Shown here in pieces: positions 1-9,525 of a stretch of 64,000 bases of DNA (positions are counted from its first letter, which is position 1; each line of letters begins with the position of its first letter). The stretch is from Betaproteobacteria bacterium (GTDB lineage Bacteria; Pseudomonadota; Gammaproteobacteria; Burkholderiales; Burkholderiaceae_E): positions 12,678-76,677 of the forward strand of contig JAPOHX010000001.1 in NCBI GenBank assembly GCA_029979245.1, read 5' to 3'. The position numbers and the translations under genes are program-made. The notes beneath the pieces were generated by a model. It saw nothing but the letters and a program-made list of their open reading frames with translations. It searched no databases and was not told the origin of the DNA.

Positions 1-136
1 TTTCCTCGCCGGCCGCACGGTCCCAGTCCACTACCGAGACTTGCGCTGCCTCTCGGGCGAACAGCATCGCGGTCGCGCGACCGATACCTGAGCCGCCGCC
101 GGTAATCAATGCGATCTTGCCTACCAAGCGTGCCAT
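1..136 (-). CDS. SDR family oxidoreductase, N-terminal fragment (runs off window start)
   Basis: Manual translation from ATG at 136: [29 protein letters not shown], a classical TGxxxGxG SDR Rossmann motif. Confidence 0.85.
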   Translation of the reverse strand, partial: MARLVGKIALITGGGSGIGRATAMLFAREAAQVSVVDWDRAAGEE

Positions 137-255
137 TGTGAACCCCGCCATCCAGTAACAGCCACACCGATGGCGGCTGCCGAAGACGTCGATAATAGCC
201 GCACCGTCGACGCTGACCGGTTGTAAAGTCGATGATCGCGAACAAGGGGCGAGCG

Positions 256-1293
256 ATGTGGCTAAGAAACTGCTGGTATGTGATCGCCTGGGATCATGAA
301 ATCCCAGCTGCCGACGATGCGCATCTGTTCTCGCGCAAGGTGCTGGGCGAGCCCATCCTCGTCTACCGCACTGCGAGCGGCAGCATGACGGCCATTGCCG
401 ACAAGTGCTGCCATCGACACGCACCGCTGTCGGTCGGACGCCGCGAAGGCGACAACATTCGCTGCGGCTATCACGGACTGCTGTTCGACCCCGACGGCAA
501 ATGCCGGGAAGTTCCGGGCATGGATGCACCACCGCCCAAGGCATGCGTCAAAAAGTATCCGCTGGCAGTCAAATACAAATGGGTCTTCGTCTGGATGGGA
601 GATCCGGACAAGGCGGACGAAACGATGCTGCCGGACAATTTCTCCTGTGACCACCCGGACTGGAAGAACATTCCGGGCTATCTGCACTACGAGACGCCCT
701 ACCTGCTGATCGCGGACAACCTGCTGGATTTTTCGCACCTCAGCTACGTGCATCCGAACACTCTTGGGGGCAGCAAGGAGATCGCGCTGGCCAAGCCGAT
801 CGTCGAAACCGTCGATGCCAACGGACAGCGCGGCGTCAAGGTGTCGCGCTTCATTCCAAACGTGCCGGCACCGCCGTTCTACACCCGGTTTCGCAGCTTC
901 GATTCGAACATCGACCGCTGGTTCGTCTATGAGTTTTTGTTCCCGTCAACGCTGCTGATGCACTCCGGCGGCAGACCGATTGGCGATGCGCCGGACGACA
1001 ACAGCCGGGCCGTGATCAATCATAGTTGCCAGACGCTGACCCCGGAGACGGAAACCTCCACGCACTACTTCTTTCAGCAATCGCACCGCGCGATTCTGAA
1101 TGACGATACGGTCAGGCACAGCATGTACAACACGCTGCTCGAAGCCTTCAACGAAGACCGGGACATGATCTCGGCGCAATACCGCAACCTGAGTGACGGC
1201 GCCCTGGAGCAGATGCTGCCGCTGCACTTCGACTCGGCGCTGATCCGGTTTCGCAAGATGCTCAAGGATGCGGTGGAGGCCGAAAAACCGTGA
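256..1293 (+). CDS. Rieske non-heme iron oxygenase alpha subunit, VanA (vanillate O-demethylase)-like
   Basis: MWLRNCWY start, Rieske CxH...CxxH (CCHR...CGYHG), mononuclear Fe motif [13 protein letters not shown] and C-terminal EDRDMI. Confidence 0.88.
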   Translation: MWLRNCWYVIAWDHEIPAADDAHLFSRKVLGEPILVYRTASGSMTAIADKCCHRHAPLSVGRREGDNIRCGYHGLLFDPDGKCREVPGMDAPPPKACVKKYPLAVKYKWVFVWMGDPDKADETMLPDNFSCDHPDWKNIPGYLHYETPYLLIADNLLDFSHLSYVHPNTLGGSKEIALAKPIVETVDANGQRGVKVSRFIPNVPAPPFYTRFRSFDSNIDRWFVYEFLFPSTLLMHSGGRPIGDAPDDNSRAVINHSCQTLTPETETSTHYFFQQSHRAILNDDTVRHSMYNTLLEAFNEDRDMISAQYRNLSDGALEQMLPLHFDSALIRFRKMLKDAVEAEKP

Positions 1294-1378
1294 CACCGAC
1301 TGCTCACACGAGCCTGGATGTAAAGTTGCGGCCTGCCAGCGGGTATGCCGCTCAGACGATTCGACAGAGGAAGACACG

Positions 1379-2341
1379 ATGACCAAAATGACGATCATCG
1401 GCCTGGGCATCATGGGCCGACGAATGCTGGACAACGCGCTGTTCCACCCGGACTTCGAGATTTCCGGCGTCTGGGACCCTTCTCCCGCGGCCGTAGCCAA
1501 GGCTCGCGAGCTGATGCCCGATCTGCCGGTCGCCGCGAGCGCCGAGGCTGCAATGAAGGGTGCCGACGTGGTCTACCTCGCCTGCCCTCCCGGCCCGCGC
1601 AAGGCCTACGCGCTGGCCGCCGCAGCGGCCGGGCAGGGCGTATTCATGGAAAAGCCGCTGGGCGTGGACGGCGAGTCCAGTCGTGACCTGGTCGCCCAAC
1701 TGGCCAAGGCGCGGATTCCCGGCGTGGTCAATTTCACACAGGCCTCGTCGCGCGGCTTTGACGAGCTACGCCGGGCGATCGACTCCGGCGAGACCGGCGA
1801 GTTGCTGGGCATCGACATCATCGTCCAGTACCCGGCCTGGCCGCGCGACTGGCAGATTGAGGCTGACTGGCTGCGCCTGCGCGCGGAGGGCGGCTACACC
1901 CGTGAAGTGATCTCGCACTTCCTGTTTCTGGCTGGTCGATTCCTGGGCCCGCTGACGCTGCTCAATGCCAGTCCGCGCTACCCGGCCGACCCGACGCTGT
2001 GCGAGCTCGACATGCTGGCGCGACTGCAGACGGCCGACGGCCGACCGGTGACGGTGATGGCCACTACCGGCGGCAAGCAGCCCGACCGCCAGGAAGTGAC
2101 GGTACGCGGCGCTAAGATGAACCACCAGTTCCGCGAGTTCTACCAGCTGTGGCGCTCGGACGGTGGCCCCTGGGTCGAGGCGGTCGACTGGACAAAGGGC
2201 GAGGACCCGCGCCGCAGCGCACTGCAGCGCCAGCTCACCGAAGTGGGTAAGTGGCTGCAGGGCAAGCCGCACAAGCTGGCCACCGCCGAGGAGGCTCTAG
2301 CGGTGCAGGATCTGATCGAAGCGATGCTCGCGGGGCGTTGA
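1379..2341 (+). CDS. Gfo/Idh/MocA family oxidoreductase
   Basis: IIGLGIMG Rossmann motif, EKP motif (FMEKPL); GAGG-type RBS before ATG 1379. Confidence 0.88.
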   Translation: MTKMTIIGLGIMGRRMLDNALFHPDFEISGVWDPSPAAVAKARELMPDLPVAASAEAAMKGADVVYLACPPGPRKAYALAAAAAGQGVFMEKPLGVDGESSRDLVAQLAKARIPGVVNFTQASSRGFDELRRAIDSGETGELLGIDIIVQYPAWPRDWQIEADWLRLRAEGGYTREVISHFLFLAGRFLGPLTLLNASPRYPADPTLCELDMLARLQTADGRPVTVMATTGGKQPDRQEVTVRGAKMNHQFREFYQLWRSDGGPWVEAVDWTKGEDPRRSALQRQLTEVGKWLQGKPHKLATAEEALAVQDLIEAMLAGR

Positions 2342-2364
2342 CGGTCAAGCCCTTGACGAGGGGG

Positions 2365-2382
2365 CCGGGCAGCGCTGCCCGG
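2365..2382. terminator. Perfect 18-bp palindrome between convergent genes; possible bidirectional terminator or stability hairpin
   Basis: CCGGGCAGCGCTGCCCGG is its own reverse complement; no U-tract. Confidence 0.35.
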
Positions 2383-2384
2383 GA

Positions 2385-2981
2385 TTAGTCGAGCAAGCTC
2401 ACGAAACCCGGTAGCGCCTTCATTCGATCAAGCCAGCGGCGGATCGCCGGATACGGGGCTAGATCGATACCCCCGTCCGAGCAATGTGCGATCGCCGGAA
2501 ACGCCGCAACATCGGAGATGGTGGGTTGCTCGAGGGCGAGCCATTGCCGCCCTTCCAGCCTGCGCTCATAAAGCTGCAAGGCCTTGTGCGAGTTTTCAAC
2601 CGCCTGATCGGCATTCACGCAAAGCGAGGGGAAGTGCTTCGCCAGCCTCGCATCGTAGGGCCCCAGCCGCAACTCGAACGCGGCAGCCGCAAGCCAGCCG
2701 TTGACTTCAGCCTCCTGGTCCGGATCACGCGGCAGCCAGCTTTCATCTGCGAACCTGCGAGCCAGCCAAATCAGGATCGTCTGCGAGTCGCGGATCCTGA
2801 ATTCGCCATGCTCGAGCATGGGGATCTGCCCGAACGGATTGACCACCAAAAATTGTTCCGTGCGATGTTCGCCCTTACGCAGATCGACACGTTGCCTGTG
2901 GTATGCGACGCCGAGCAACGCGAGAAGCAACCGCACCTTGTAGCAGTTCAGAGAAAGCGGCGAGTCGTAAAGGATCAGCAT
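2385..2981 (-). CDS. Glutathione S-transferase family protein
   Basis: SLNCYKVRLLL N-terminus, NPFGQIPML cis-Pro loop, DSQTIL, C-terminal PTISDVA. Confidence 0.9.
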   Translation of the reverse strand: MLILYDSPLSLNCYKVRLLLALLGVAYHRQRVDLRKGEHRTEQFLVVNPFGQIPMLEHGEFRIRDSQTILIWLARRFADESWLPRDPDQEAEVNGWLAAAAFELRLGPYDARLAKHFPSLCVNADQAVENSHKALQLYERRLEGRQWLALEQPTISDVAAFPAIAHCSDGGIDLAPYPAIRRWLDRMKALPGFVSLLD

Positions 2982-3003
2982 GGCTGGGCTCAGACCGGCG
3001 CAG

Positions 3004-3402
3004 TCAAACCAGTTGTCTGAACACCAACACCAGGTTCAATACCGCGAGCAGACCGAGCGCGCCGAACGTCAGCTTCATGCCACGCACCCGGTTCGTGAAG
3101 TCTGGTGGTGGCGTCGTGATGCCTTTGGCGTGCAGAACCCGGCCGACGATGACGAACGCGGCGGCCAGCAGCAGCACCGCCCAATGGGCACCGTTAATCT
3201 CGGCCATGATCAGCAAGGCCAGCGTCATCGGCACGTACTCGGCGAAGTTGCCATGTGCGCGAATTGCCTTTTCCAGATCGGAGTGCTCGCCAGAGCCCAG
3301 TGACACCCGATGGCCTCGGCGCAGTCGGATCACATTGAACGCGAGGCGGATGTAGAGCATGGCGAGCACAACGCCGGCCAACGGGGAGATTGTCAAGATC
3401 AT
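3004..3402 (-). CDS. MAPEG family membrane protein (132 aa; only the 3' end of the 583-aa computed ORF)
   Basis: RAHGNFAEYVP signature, four hydrophobic helices; ATG at 3402. Confidence 0.88.
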   Translation of the reverse strand: MILTISPLAGVVLAMLYIRLAFNVIRLRRGHRVSLGSGEHSDLEKAIRAHGNFAEYVPMTLALLIMAEINGAHWAVLLLAAAFVIVGRVLHAKGITTPPPDFTNRVRGMKLTFGALGLLAVLNLVLVFRQLV

Positions 3403-3570
3403 GGCAGGCTCTTCAAGGAAATAGGCCGTTAACGATGCGCCGATGGGCGATTGGTCGTTCCGAGATCCGGGCAATCTGGATTTCAGAAGCCGTGAATGTG
3501 ACATGAAGTCTTTGATAATGAAATCCACCCGCGGCCTATCGGCCTGCATCCGAATCTCACAAGGCCTGAG

Positions 3571-4386
3571 ATGAAAATCCTGCGTATCAACGACCACGAC
3601 ATGCCCTACCTCGAGATCGGTCAGGGCTCGCCGGTGGTCTGCGTCCACGGCTCGCTGTCCGACTTTCGGGCCTGGAACCCGGTACTCAAGCCCTTGTCCA
3701 TCGCGCATCGGGTCATCGTGCCAAGCCTGCGGCATTTCTTCCCGGAAAACTGGGACGGCACGGGCGGCAGGTTCACGATCAATCAGCATGTCGAGGATCT
3801 GATCGCATTCATCGAGACGCTTGCACTCGGTCCGGTGCATCTGATCGGTCATTCGCGTGGCGGACACATCAGTTTTCGGCTGGCTTCCAGGCGCCCGGAT
3901 CTGCTGCGCAACCTGGTTCTGGCCGAGCCGGGCGGCACACTGGAGGATGCACTGCTGCCTGCGGATGCCAAACCGATCGGTCCCGCAGCAGGCTCTCGCG
4001 AACATGTGGAGCTCGCGTCCACGAAGATCGCCGCAGGCGACCTGGAAGGTGGTCTGCAAGTGTTCACCGACGCAATCAACAAGCCCGGCAGCTGGGACGC
4101 GCTGTCGCTGGCCGACCGGCAGATGCGAGTCGACAACGCCTACACGCTGATCGCCCAGGTCAACGAAGGCCGCGAACCGTTCACCCGGGCGCAAGCCGAA
4201 GCGCTGCGCGTGCCGACCCTGTTCGTTGGCGGCGCCGACACCGGCGGCATGCTCGCGGTGATCATGCGCGTGCTGCCCGATCTGGTGCCAGGCGCGCAGC
4301 GCGTGCTGATTCCCCAGGCCGGCCATAGCATGATGCGCCAGCAGCCGGGACGGTTTTGCGAGGCGGTGCTGCCTTTTCTCGCTTGA
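3571..4386 (+). CDS. Alpha/beta hydrolase
   Basis: HGSLSD oxyanion region, GHSRGG nucleophile elbow, C-terminal AGHSM. Confidence 0.88.
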   Translation: MKILRINDHDMPYLEIGQGSPVVCVHGSLSDFRAWNPVLKPLSIAHRVIVPSLRHFFPENWDGTGGRFTINQHVEDLIAFIETLALGPVHLIGHSRGGHISFRLASRRPDLLRNLVLAEPGGTLEDALLPADAKPIGPAAGSREHVELASTKIAAGDLEGGLQVFTDAINKPGSWDALSLADRQMRVDNAYTLIAQVNEGREPFTRAQAEALRVPTLFVGGADTGGMLAVIMRVLPDLVPGAQRVLIPQAGHSMMRQQPGRFCEAVLPFLA

Positions 4387-4429
4387 GGTAGGGCCGCGCC
4401 AACCTGACACCGACCGACTAGGAGCATGC

Positions 4430-5974
4430 ATGACGTGGAAACCTGAGCTCGATGAACTTGCCAGACGCCAAGCATTCGCCAAGGCGATGGGCGGCCCGGA
4501 CAAGGTGCAGCGCCAGCACGACAACGGCAAGCTGACCGTGCGCGAGCGGGTCGAGCAACTGGTCGATGCGGGTAGCTTCGTCGAGGTCGGTGGCCTTGCG
4601 GGTTCCGGGGAGTACGACGAGCAAGGCGCACTCAAGCACGTGACCCCGTCCAACGTCGTCTTCGGCCGTGCGCGCATCGATGCCAGGCCGGTCGTGGTGA
4701 TCGGCGATGACTTCACGGTGCGCGGTGGCGCGAACGAAGGCGCAGTCGGCGACAAGATGATCTTGGCCGAGCAGATGGCCTACGAGCTGCGCATTCCGAT
4801 CGTCCGGCTGGTCGACGGCACTGGCGGCGGGGGATCGGTCAAAAGCATCGAGAAAATGGGTCATGCGCTGCTGCCCAAGATGAAGATCTGGCCCTACGTC
4901 GCGCGCAACCTGGCCCGCGTCCCGGTGGTCTCACTCGCGCTCGGATCGGTTGCCGGGCAGGGCGCAGCGCGAGTTGCCGGAAGCCATTACTCGGTGATGG
5001 TCAAGGACTCCTCGCAGTTGTTCATCGCCGGGCCTCCGGTGGTCGAACGAATCGGGCAGAAGCTGTCGAAGAACGCGCTGGGCGGCAGCCAGATCCATGC
5101 GCGCAACGGCGTCGTCGACGACGAGGTCGACACCGAGGCGCAGGCCTTCGAGGCGGCACGCCGGTTTCTGAGCTACCTGCCGGCATCGGCACACGAGATT
5201 CCCAGGCGCTCCGACGCGCCGATGCGCGTGGCAGACCAGCAATGGCTGCGCGATGCGATCCCGCGCGACGCGCGCAAGGTCTACCGGATCAAGCCGATCC
5301 TGAACACGCTGTTCGACGAAGGCTCGGTGTTCGAGATCGGCCGCAACTGGGGCAAGGCCATCGTCGGCGGCCTGGCCCGGGTCGACGGCTGGCCGGTGGT
5401 GTTCGCGGCCAGCAATCCGTATCACTATGGCGGTGCCTGGGACCGCCAGACCGCCGAGAAGTTCACCCGGCTGATCGACCTGGCCGAGAACTTCCACCTG
5501 CCGGTGATCCACATGGTCGACATCGCTGGCTTTCAGATCGGTCTGCAGGCCGAACAGGACGCGGTGATGCGCGCCGGCGTGCGCGCGCTGACCGCGGTCG
5601 CGCAGGCTAGCGTGCCCTGGTTCTCACTGATCGTGCGCCGCGCATTTGGCGTTGCTGCGGGCGGTCACCAGAATTCGAGCCGGTTTAACTTCCGCTACGC
5701 ATGGCCGTCGGCGCAATGGGGCTCGTTGCCGATCGAAGGTGGGCTGGAGGTCGCCTATCGCGCCGAGATCGAGGCAGCCCCGGATCCGGAGGCAAAGCGC
5801 GACGAGATCGAAGCCCGCGTGCGCGGCCTGACCTCGCCGTTTCGCAGCGCCGAGGCCTTCGTGATTGAGGACATCATCGATCCGGCAAGCACGCGCGAGC
5901 GACTCGAAGAGTTCGTACGGCTGGCGGCGCCACTGCTGCAGCCCGGGGAGATGCGGGTCGGTTATCGGCCCTGA
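4430..5974 (+). CDS. Acyl-CoA carboxylase/decarboxylase carboxyltransferase (beta) subunit
   Basis: GKLTVRERVEQLVD, DFTVRGG, GPPVV, DIAGFQIG, RRAFGVA motifs of the Carboxyl_trans family. Confidence 0.88.
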   Translation: MTWKPELDELARRQAFAKAMGGPDKVQRQHDNGKLTVRERVEQLVDAGSFVEVGGLAGSGEYDEQGALKHVTPSNVVFGRARIDARPVVVIGDDFTVRGGANEGAVGDKMILAEQMAYELRIPIVRLVDGTGGGGSVKSIEKMGHALLPKMKIWPYVARNLARVPVVSLALGSVAGQGAARVAGSHYSVMVKDSSQLFIAGPPVVERIGQKLSKNALGGSQIHARNGVVDDEVDTEAQAFEAARRFLSYLPASAHEIPRRSDAPMRVADQQWLRDAIPRDARKVYRIKPILNTLFDEGSVFEIGRNWGKAIVGGLARVDGWPVVFAASNPYHYGGAWDRQTAEKFTRLIDLAENFHLPVIHMVDIAGFQIGLQAEQDAVMRAGVRALTAVAQASVPWFSLIVRRAFGVAAGGHQNSSRFNFRYAWPSAQWGSLPIEGGLEVAYRAEIEAAPDPEAKRDEIEARVRGLTSPFRSAEAFVIEDIIDPASTRERLEEFVRLAAPLLQPGEMRVGYRP

Positions 5975-6037
5975 GCTTGCCTGCGGCTGTGCTTGGCTCA
6001 GCAGGTTGCGCGGATCGCAGCTGGTTGGGTGTCGGAC

Positions 6038-6844
6038 TTAATCCCCGGCCCGCAGCAGCCCGCCGCCATCAACCGGTAACGCAACGCCAGTGATGAACTG
6101 CGCCTCGTCGCTGGCCAGAAACAGCGCCGCGTAGGCGCTGTCCCAGGCGGTGCCCATCTTGTGGCGAAGCGGCACCTTGGCGTCGCGCATCGCGGCGATC
6201 TCGCTGCGCGGCTGGCCCCATTTGCGCGCCCGGGTGTCGACCGCCATCGGGGTGTCGAGCAGGCCCGGCAGGATCACGTTCGCCCGTATGCCGAACTCGG
6301 CGTTCTGGCGCGCCACCTGCTCGGTGAACGCGATCATGCCGGCCTTGCTGGTCTTGTAGGCGACATTCGGATAGACGGTCGACAGCGCCGCGACCGACGA
6401 GATCGCGACGATCACACCGAAGCCCTGCTCGCGCATCGCTGGCAGCACATGCTTGACAGCCATGATGTAGCCGCGCAGGTTGATCGCGTTGACCCGGTCA
6501 AACGCCTCTTCGGTGAATTCATCCAGCTTCGAGTCGCCTGCGGAAAGACTGACGCCGACGTTGTAGTGCAGCACGTCGATGCGGCCCCACTTGTCGAGCG
6601 CAAATGCGATCGCGGCAGCCATGTCGGCCTCGCGCGTCACGTCACCGCTGAATGCCTCGCACTTGCCGCCTTGCGCGCAGACCTCATCGGCAGTTTCCTG
6701 CGCCGAGGCGAGATTGCTGTCGACCGCCAGCACCGTCGCACCCTCGCGCGCGTAGAGGGTTGCCGCGGCGCGGCCGTTGCCAATACCCTGGCCCGGGCTC
6801 TGTCCGGCTCCGATCAAAATGACGATCTTGTCTTGCATGCGCAT
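6038..6844 (-). CDS. SDR family oxidoreductase
   Basis: GAGQSPGQGIGNG glycine-rich loop, YNVG, YKTSK catalytic YxxxK, ITGVALPVDGG tail; start MRMQDK at 6844. Confidence 0.88.
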   Translation of the reverse strand: MRMQDKIVILIGAGQSPGQGIGNGRAAATLYAREGATVLAVDSNLASAQETADEVCAQGGKCEAFSGDVTREADMAAAIAFALDKWGRIDVLHYNVGVSLSAGDSKLDEFTEEAFDRVNAINLRGYIMAVKHVLPAMREQGFGVIVAISSVAALSTVYPNVAYKTSKAGMIAFTEQVARQNAEFGIRANVILPGLLDTPMAVDTRARKWGQPRSEIAAMRDAKVPLRHKMGTAWDSAYAALFLASDEAQFITGVALPVDGGGLLRAGD

Positions 6845-7089
6845 CGAAAGGCTCCGCAATGGTCGATGGGTGAATTCTTGAAGGCATCCAGGGTTCGAAG
6901 CCACACGTTGAACAGGCGAATAAACGCTTGCGATCGCGGATGCAAATTTCTGCGCAGTGTAATGCCTGGTCGCATCGCGCGACGGCAGATCAGCGCTGAG
7001 GTTTTCTGCCACTATTTACCGAAGAGCCAGACTTCAAGGGTGCACACGCCCCGGGGCTGCATGCCCCATGCACACAAGGACCATCCGAC

Positions 7090-8502
7090 ATGACTGACAA
7101 CCCAATCGACACGGATTACCTGGTCGTCGGCGCCGGTGCCAGCGCCATGGCCTTTGTCGACACGCTGCTCACCGAAAACCCTCAGGCCCGCGTGCTGATG
7201 GTCGATCGTCGCGCGCACGTCGGCGGCCACTGGAACGATGCGTATTCCTTCGTGCAGTTGCACCAGCCGGCTGCCTGGTATGGCGTGCCTTCGCGCCTGC
7301 TGGCCGCCGGCACCACCGAAGCGCGGGGGCCGAACACCGGCATGCAGAGCCTTGCCACCAAACCCGAGGTGCTCGCGCACTTCGTCGCGGTGATGCGAGA
7401 TCGCTTCCTGCCGTCCGGACGTGTCGAGTGGATGCCCAAGACCGAATGGCTCGGCAGCGAGGCCGGCCTGCACACCTTGCGCTCGCTGGCCAGCGGCAAG
7501 ACCTTCCAGGTCCGAGTTCGCAAACGGCTCGTGAACGCAACCCATGCCCGCACCGAAATTCCGGCCACCCATGCGCCTCGCTACCGGATCGCCGAGGATG
7601 TGCGTGTGGTGCCACCCAACGAGCTGACCAATCTTGCCCGGCCCTATGCACACTGCACGGTCGTTGGCTCAGGCAAGACCGGCATGGACAGCTGCATTTG
7701 GCTGCTTGAGCAGGGCATCGCTCCCGAGCGGATTCGCTGGATCATGCCGCGAGACGCCTGGGTGATGGATCGGGCCAACCTGCAAACCGGCGCCGAAGGC
7801 TTTGAAGCATTTGTGCGTTCCAGCATCGACCAATTCGACGCAATCACGCACGCGAAAGACCTTCCAGATCTGCTGCATATCCTCGAAACTCGTGGCGTGC
7901 TGATGCGGCTCGATCCCTCCGTGGAACCAAGCACCTACCGGTGCGCGGTAGTCTCGCGCGGCGAGCTGGAGCGACTGCGCAGCATCCGCGACGTCGTGCG
8001 CCTGGGCCATGTGCACGCGATCGAAGCCAATCGTCTGGTGCTCGATCGCGGCGAGCTGCCAGCTGATCCAGACACGCTTTACGTCAACTGCACCGCCGGC
8101 GCGATCCAGCATGAGCCGAAACTGCCGATCTTCGAGGGCGACACGATCAACCTGCTGCTGGTACGCTGGTGCCAACCTCTGTTCAGCGCTGCGGTCATCG
8201 CCTGGGTCGAGGCGCACGGTACGCACGACGCTGCCAGGAATACGCTGTGCCATGTGGTGCCCGTGCCCGAGGTGCCGCTCGACTGGCTGCGCATGTGGGC
8301 GGTAACCATGCAAAACGAGGCCGCTTGGCGCGGCCACGACGCGATGAAAGCCTGGCTGTCGCAATGTCGGCTCAACTCGCAGCACGTGATGTTGCAGGGC
8401 GTTGAGATCAACGACGCGGTCAAGCAGCGCCTGGGCACACTAATCGCCAGCAGCGCGGCCGCCGGAGCACGCCTGCCGCAACTGATGCGGAGTCTGAGAT
8501 GA
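7090..8502 (+). CDS. FAD/NAD(P)-binding flavoprotein with two dinucleotide-binding motifs (class B monooxygenase-like architecture)
   Basis: VVGAGASA (FAD) with GGHW, and VVGSGKTG (NADPH); stop overlaps the next ATG (ATGA). Confidence 0.7.
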   Translation: MTDNPIDTDYLVVGAGASAMAFVDTLLTENPQARVLMVDRRAHVGGHWNDAYSFVQLHQPAAWYGVPSRLLAAGTTEARGPNTGMQSLATKPEVLAHFVAVMRDRFLPSGRVEWMPKTEWLGSEAGLHTLRSLASGKTFQVRVRKRLVNATHARTEIPATHAPRYRIAEDVRVVPPNELTNLARPYAHCTVVGSGKTGMDSCIWLLEQGIAPERIRWIMPRDAWVMDRANLQTGAEGFEAFVRSSIDQFDAITHAKDLPDLLHILETRGVLMRLDPSVEPSTYRCAVVSRGELERLRSIRDVVRLGHVHAIEANRLVLDRGELPADPDTLYVNCTAGAIQHEPKLPIFEGDTINLLLVRWCQPLFSAAVIAWVEAHGTHDAARNTLCHVVPVPEVPLDWLRMWAVTMQNEAAWRGHDAMKAWLSQCRLNSQHVMLQGVEINDAVKQRLGTLIASSAAAGARLPQLMRSLR

Positions 8503-9467
8503 GCACGAACTCACAACCCGACCTGCAGGTGCTTGATGTCGGCGGCATCCGCATGCGTGTCGCCACGCAAGGCGACGGCCCGCTCGTGGTGCTCTGCCAC
8601 GGCTTTCCGGAGAGCTGGGTATCGTGGCGCTCGCAACTGAAAGCCCTGGCCGATGCCGGCTTTCGCGCCGCGGCCCCCGACATGCGCGGCTATGGCGGCA
8701 GCGATGCCCCTGAGGCGCCCGAGCTTTACACGATGCTGCATCATGTCGGCGACATCGTCGGACTGGTCAAGGCGCTCGGCGAGAAATCCGCGGTGATCGT
8801 CGGCCACGACTGGGGAGCGCCGGCCGCCTGGAACTGCGCGCTGCTGCGTCCGGATATGTTCCGGGCGGTGGTCGGCATGAGCGCCCCGTACACCCCACCG
8901 TCAAAAACCGACCTGCTGAGCGCGCTCGAGCGCGCTGGCGTCACAACCTTCTACATGCAGTACTTCCAGCAGCCCGGTGTCGCTGAGGCAGCGCTGGAAC
9001 GCGACCCTGCGGCGAGCATACGACGCATCACCTACAGCATGTCCGGCGACGGGCCCGGTCGCGTCGTGGCCGGCATCCTGCCGCCTGGGGCTGGCATGCT
9101 CGATCTGACGGTCGATCCCGAGCAACTGCCGCCGTGGATGGACGCGCAGGACCTCGAGTACGTGGCAAACGAGTTCACCCGCACCGGGTTTCGCGGTGGC
9201 CTGAACTGGTACCGATCGATCCGGCTCACATCCGAGCTGATGGCGCCATGGCGCGACTGCGTGATCGCACAGCCGTCACTGTTCATCGCGGGCACTCAGG
9301 ACGATGTGCTGAAATTCCCCGGAATGCAGCCGCGTATTGCGCAGCTGCAGCAGGTTCTGCCCGGGCTGCGCGGCACTCATCTGCTCGAGGGCGCCGGGCA
9401 CTGGGTGCAACGTGAACGGGCTGACGAGGTCAACCGCCTGCTGATCGCGTTCTTGAAATCGTTGTGA
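8499..9467 (+). CDS. Epoxide hydrolase (EphA-like alpha/beta hydrolase)
   Basis: HGFP motif, GHDWGA Asp nucleophile, GLNWYR, GHWVQ catalytic His. Confidence 0.88.
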   Translation: MSTNSQPDLQVLDVGGIRMRVATQGDGPLVVLCHGFPESWVSWRSQLKALADAGFRAAAPDMRGYGGSDAPEAPELYTMLHHVGDIVGLVKALGEKSAVIVGHDWGAPAAWNCALLRPDMFRAVVGMSAPYTPPSKTDLLSALERAGVTTFYMQYFQQPGVAEAALERDPAASIRRITYSMSGDGPGRVVAGILPPGAGMLDLTVDPEQLPPWMDAQDLEYVANEFTRTGFRGGLNWYRSIRLTSELMAPWRDCVIAQPSLFIAGTQDDVLKFPGMQPRIAQLQQVLPGLRGTHLLEGAGHWVQRERADEVNRLLIAFLKSL

Positions 9468-9525
9468 CGACCTATTCGTTGTAACGAGCTATTGAAAATC
9501 GCCCATAACCCGCAAAGGACACACC

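Noticed and set aside
1295-1355. SAH-riboswitch-like words (GCAAC...CCAGGCTCG) on the minus strand
   Set aside because: No GAGGAGCG or P2 stem, and no downstream methylation-cycle gene in that orientation.
3478-3526. GGATTTCA/TGAAATCC inverted repeat in the divergent MAPEG-hydrolase intergenic region
   Set aside because: The 33-nt spacer fits no operator I can name and there is no local regulator; insufficient support.
3004-4755. 583-aa minus-strand ORF as a large MAPEG fusion
   Set aside because: Only the last 132 aa are MAPEG; the rest is antisense to the hydrolase and carboxyltransferase genes.
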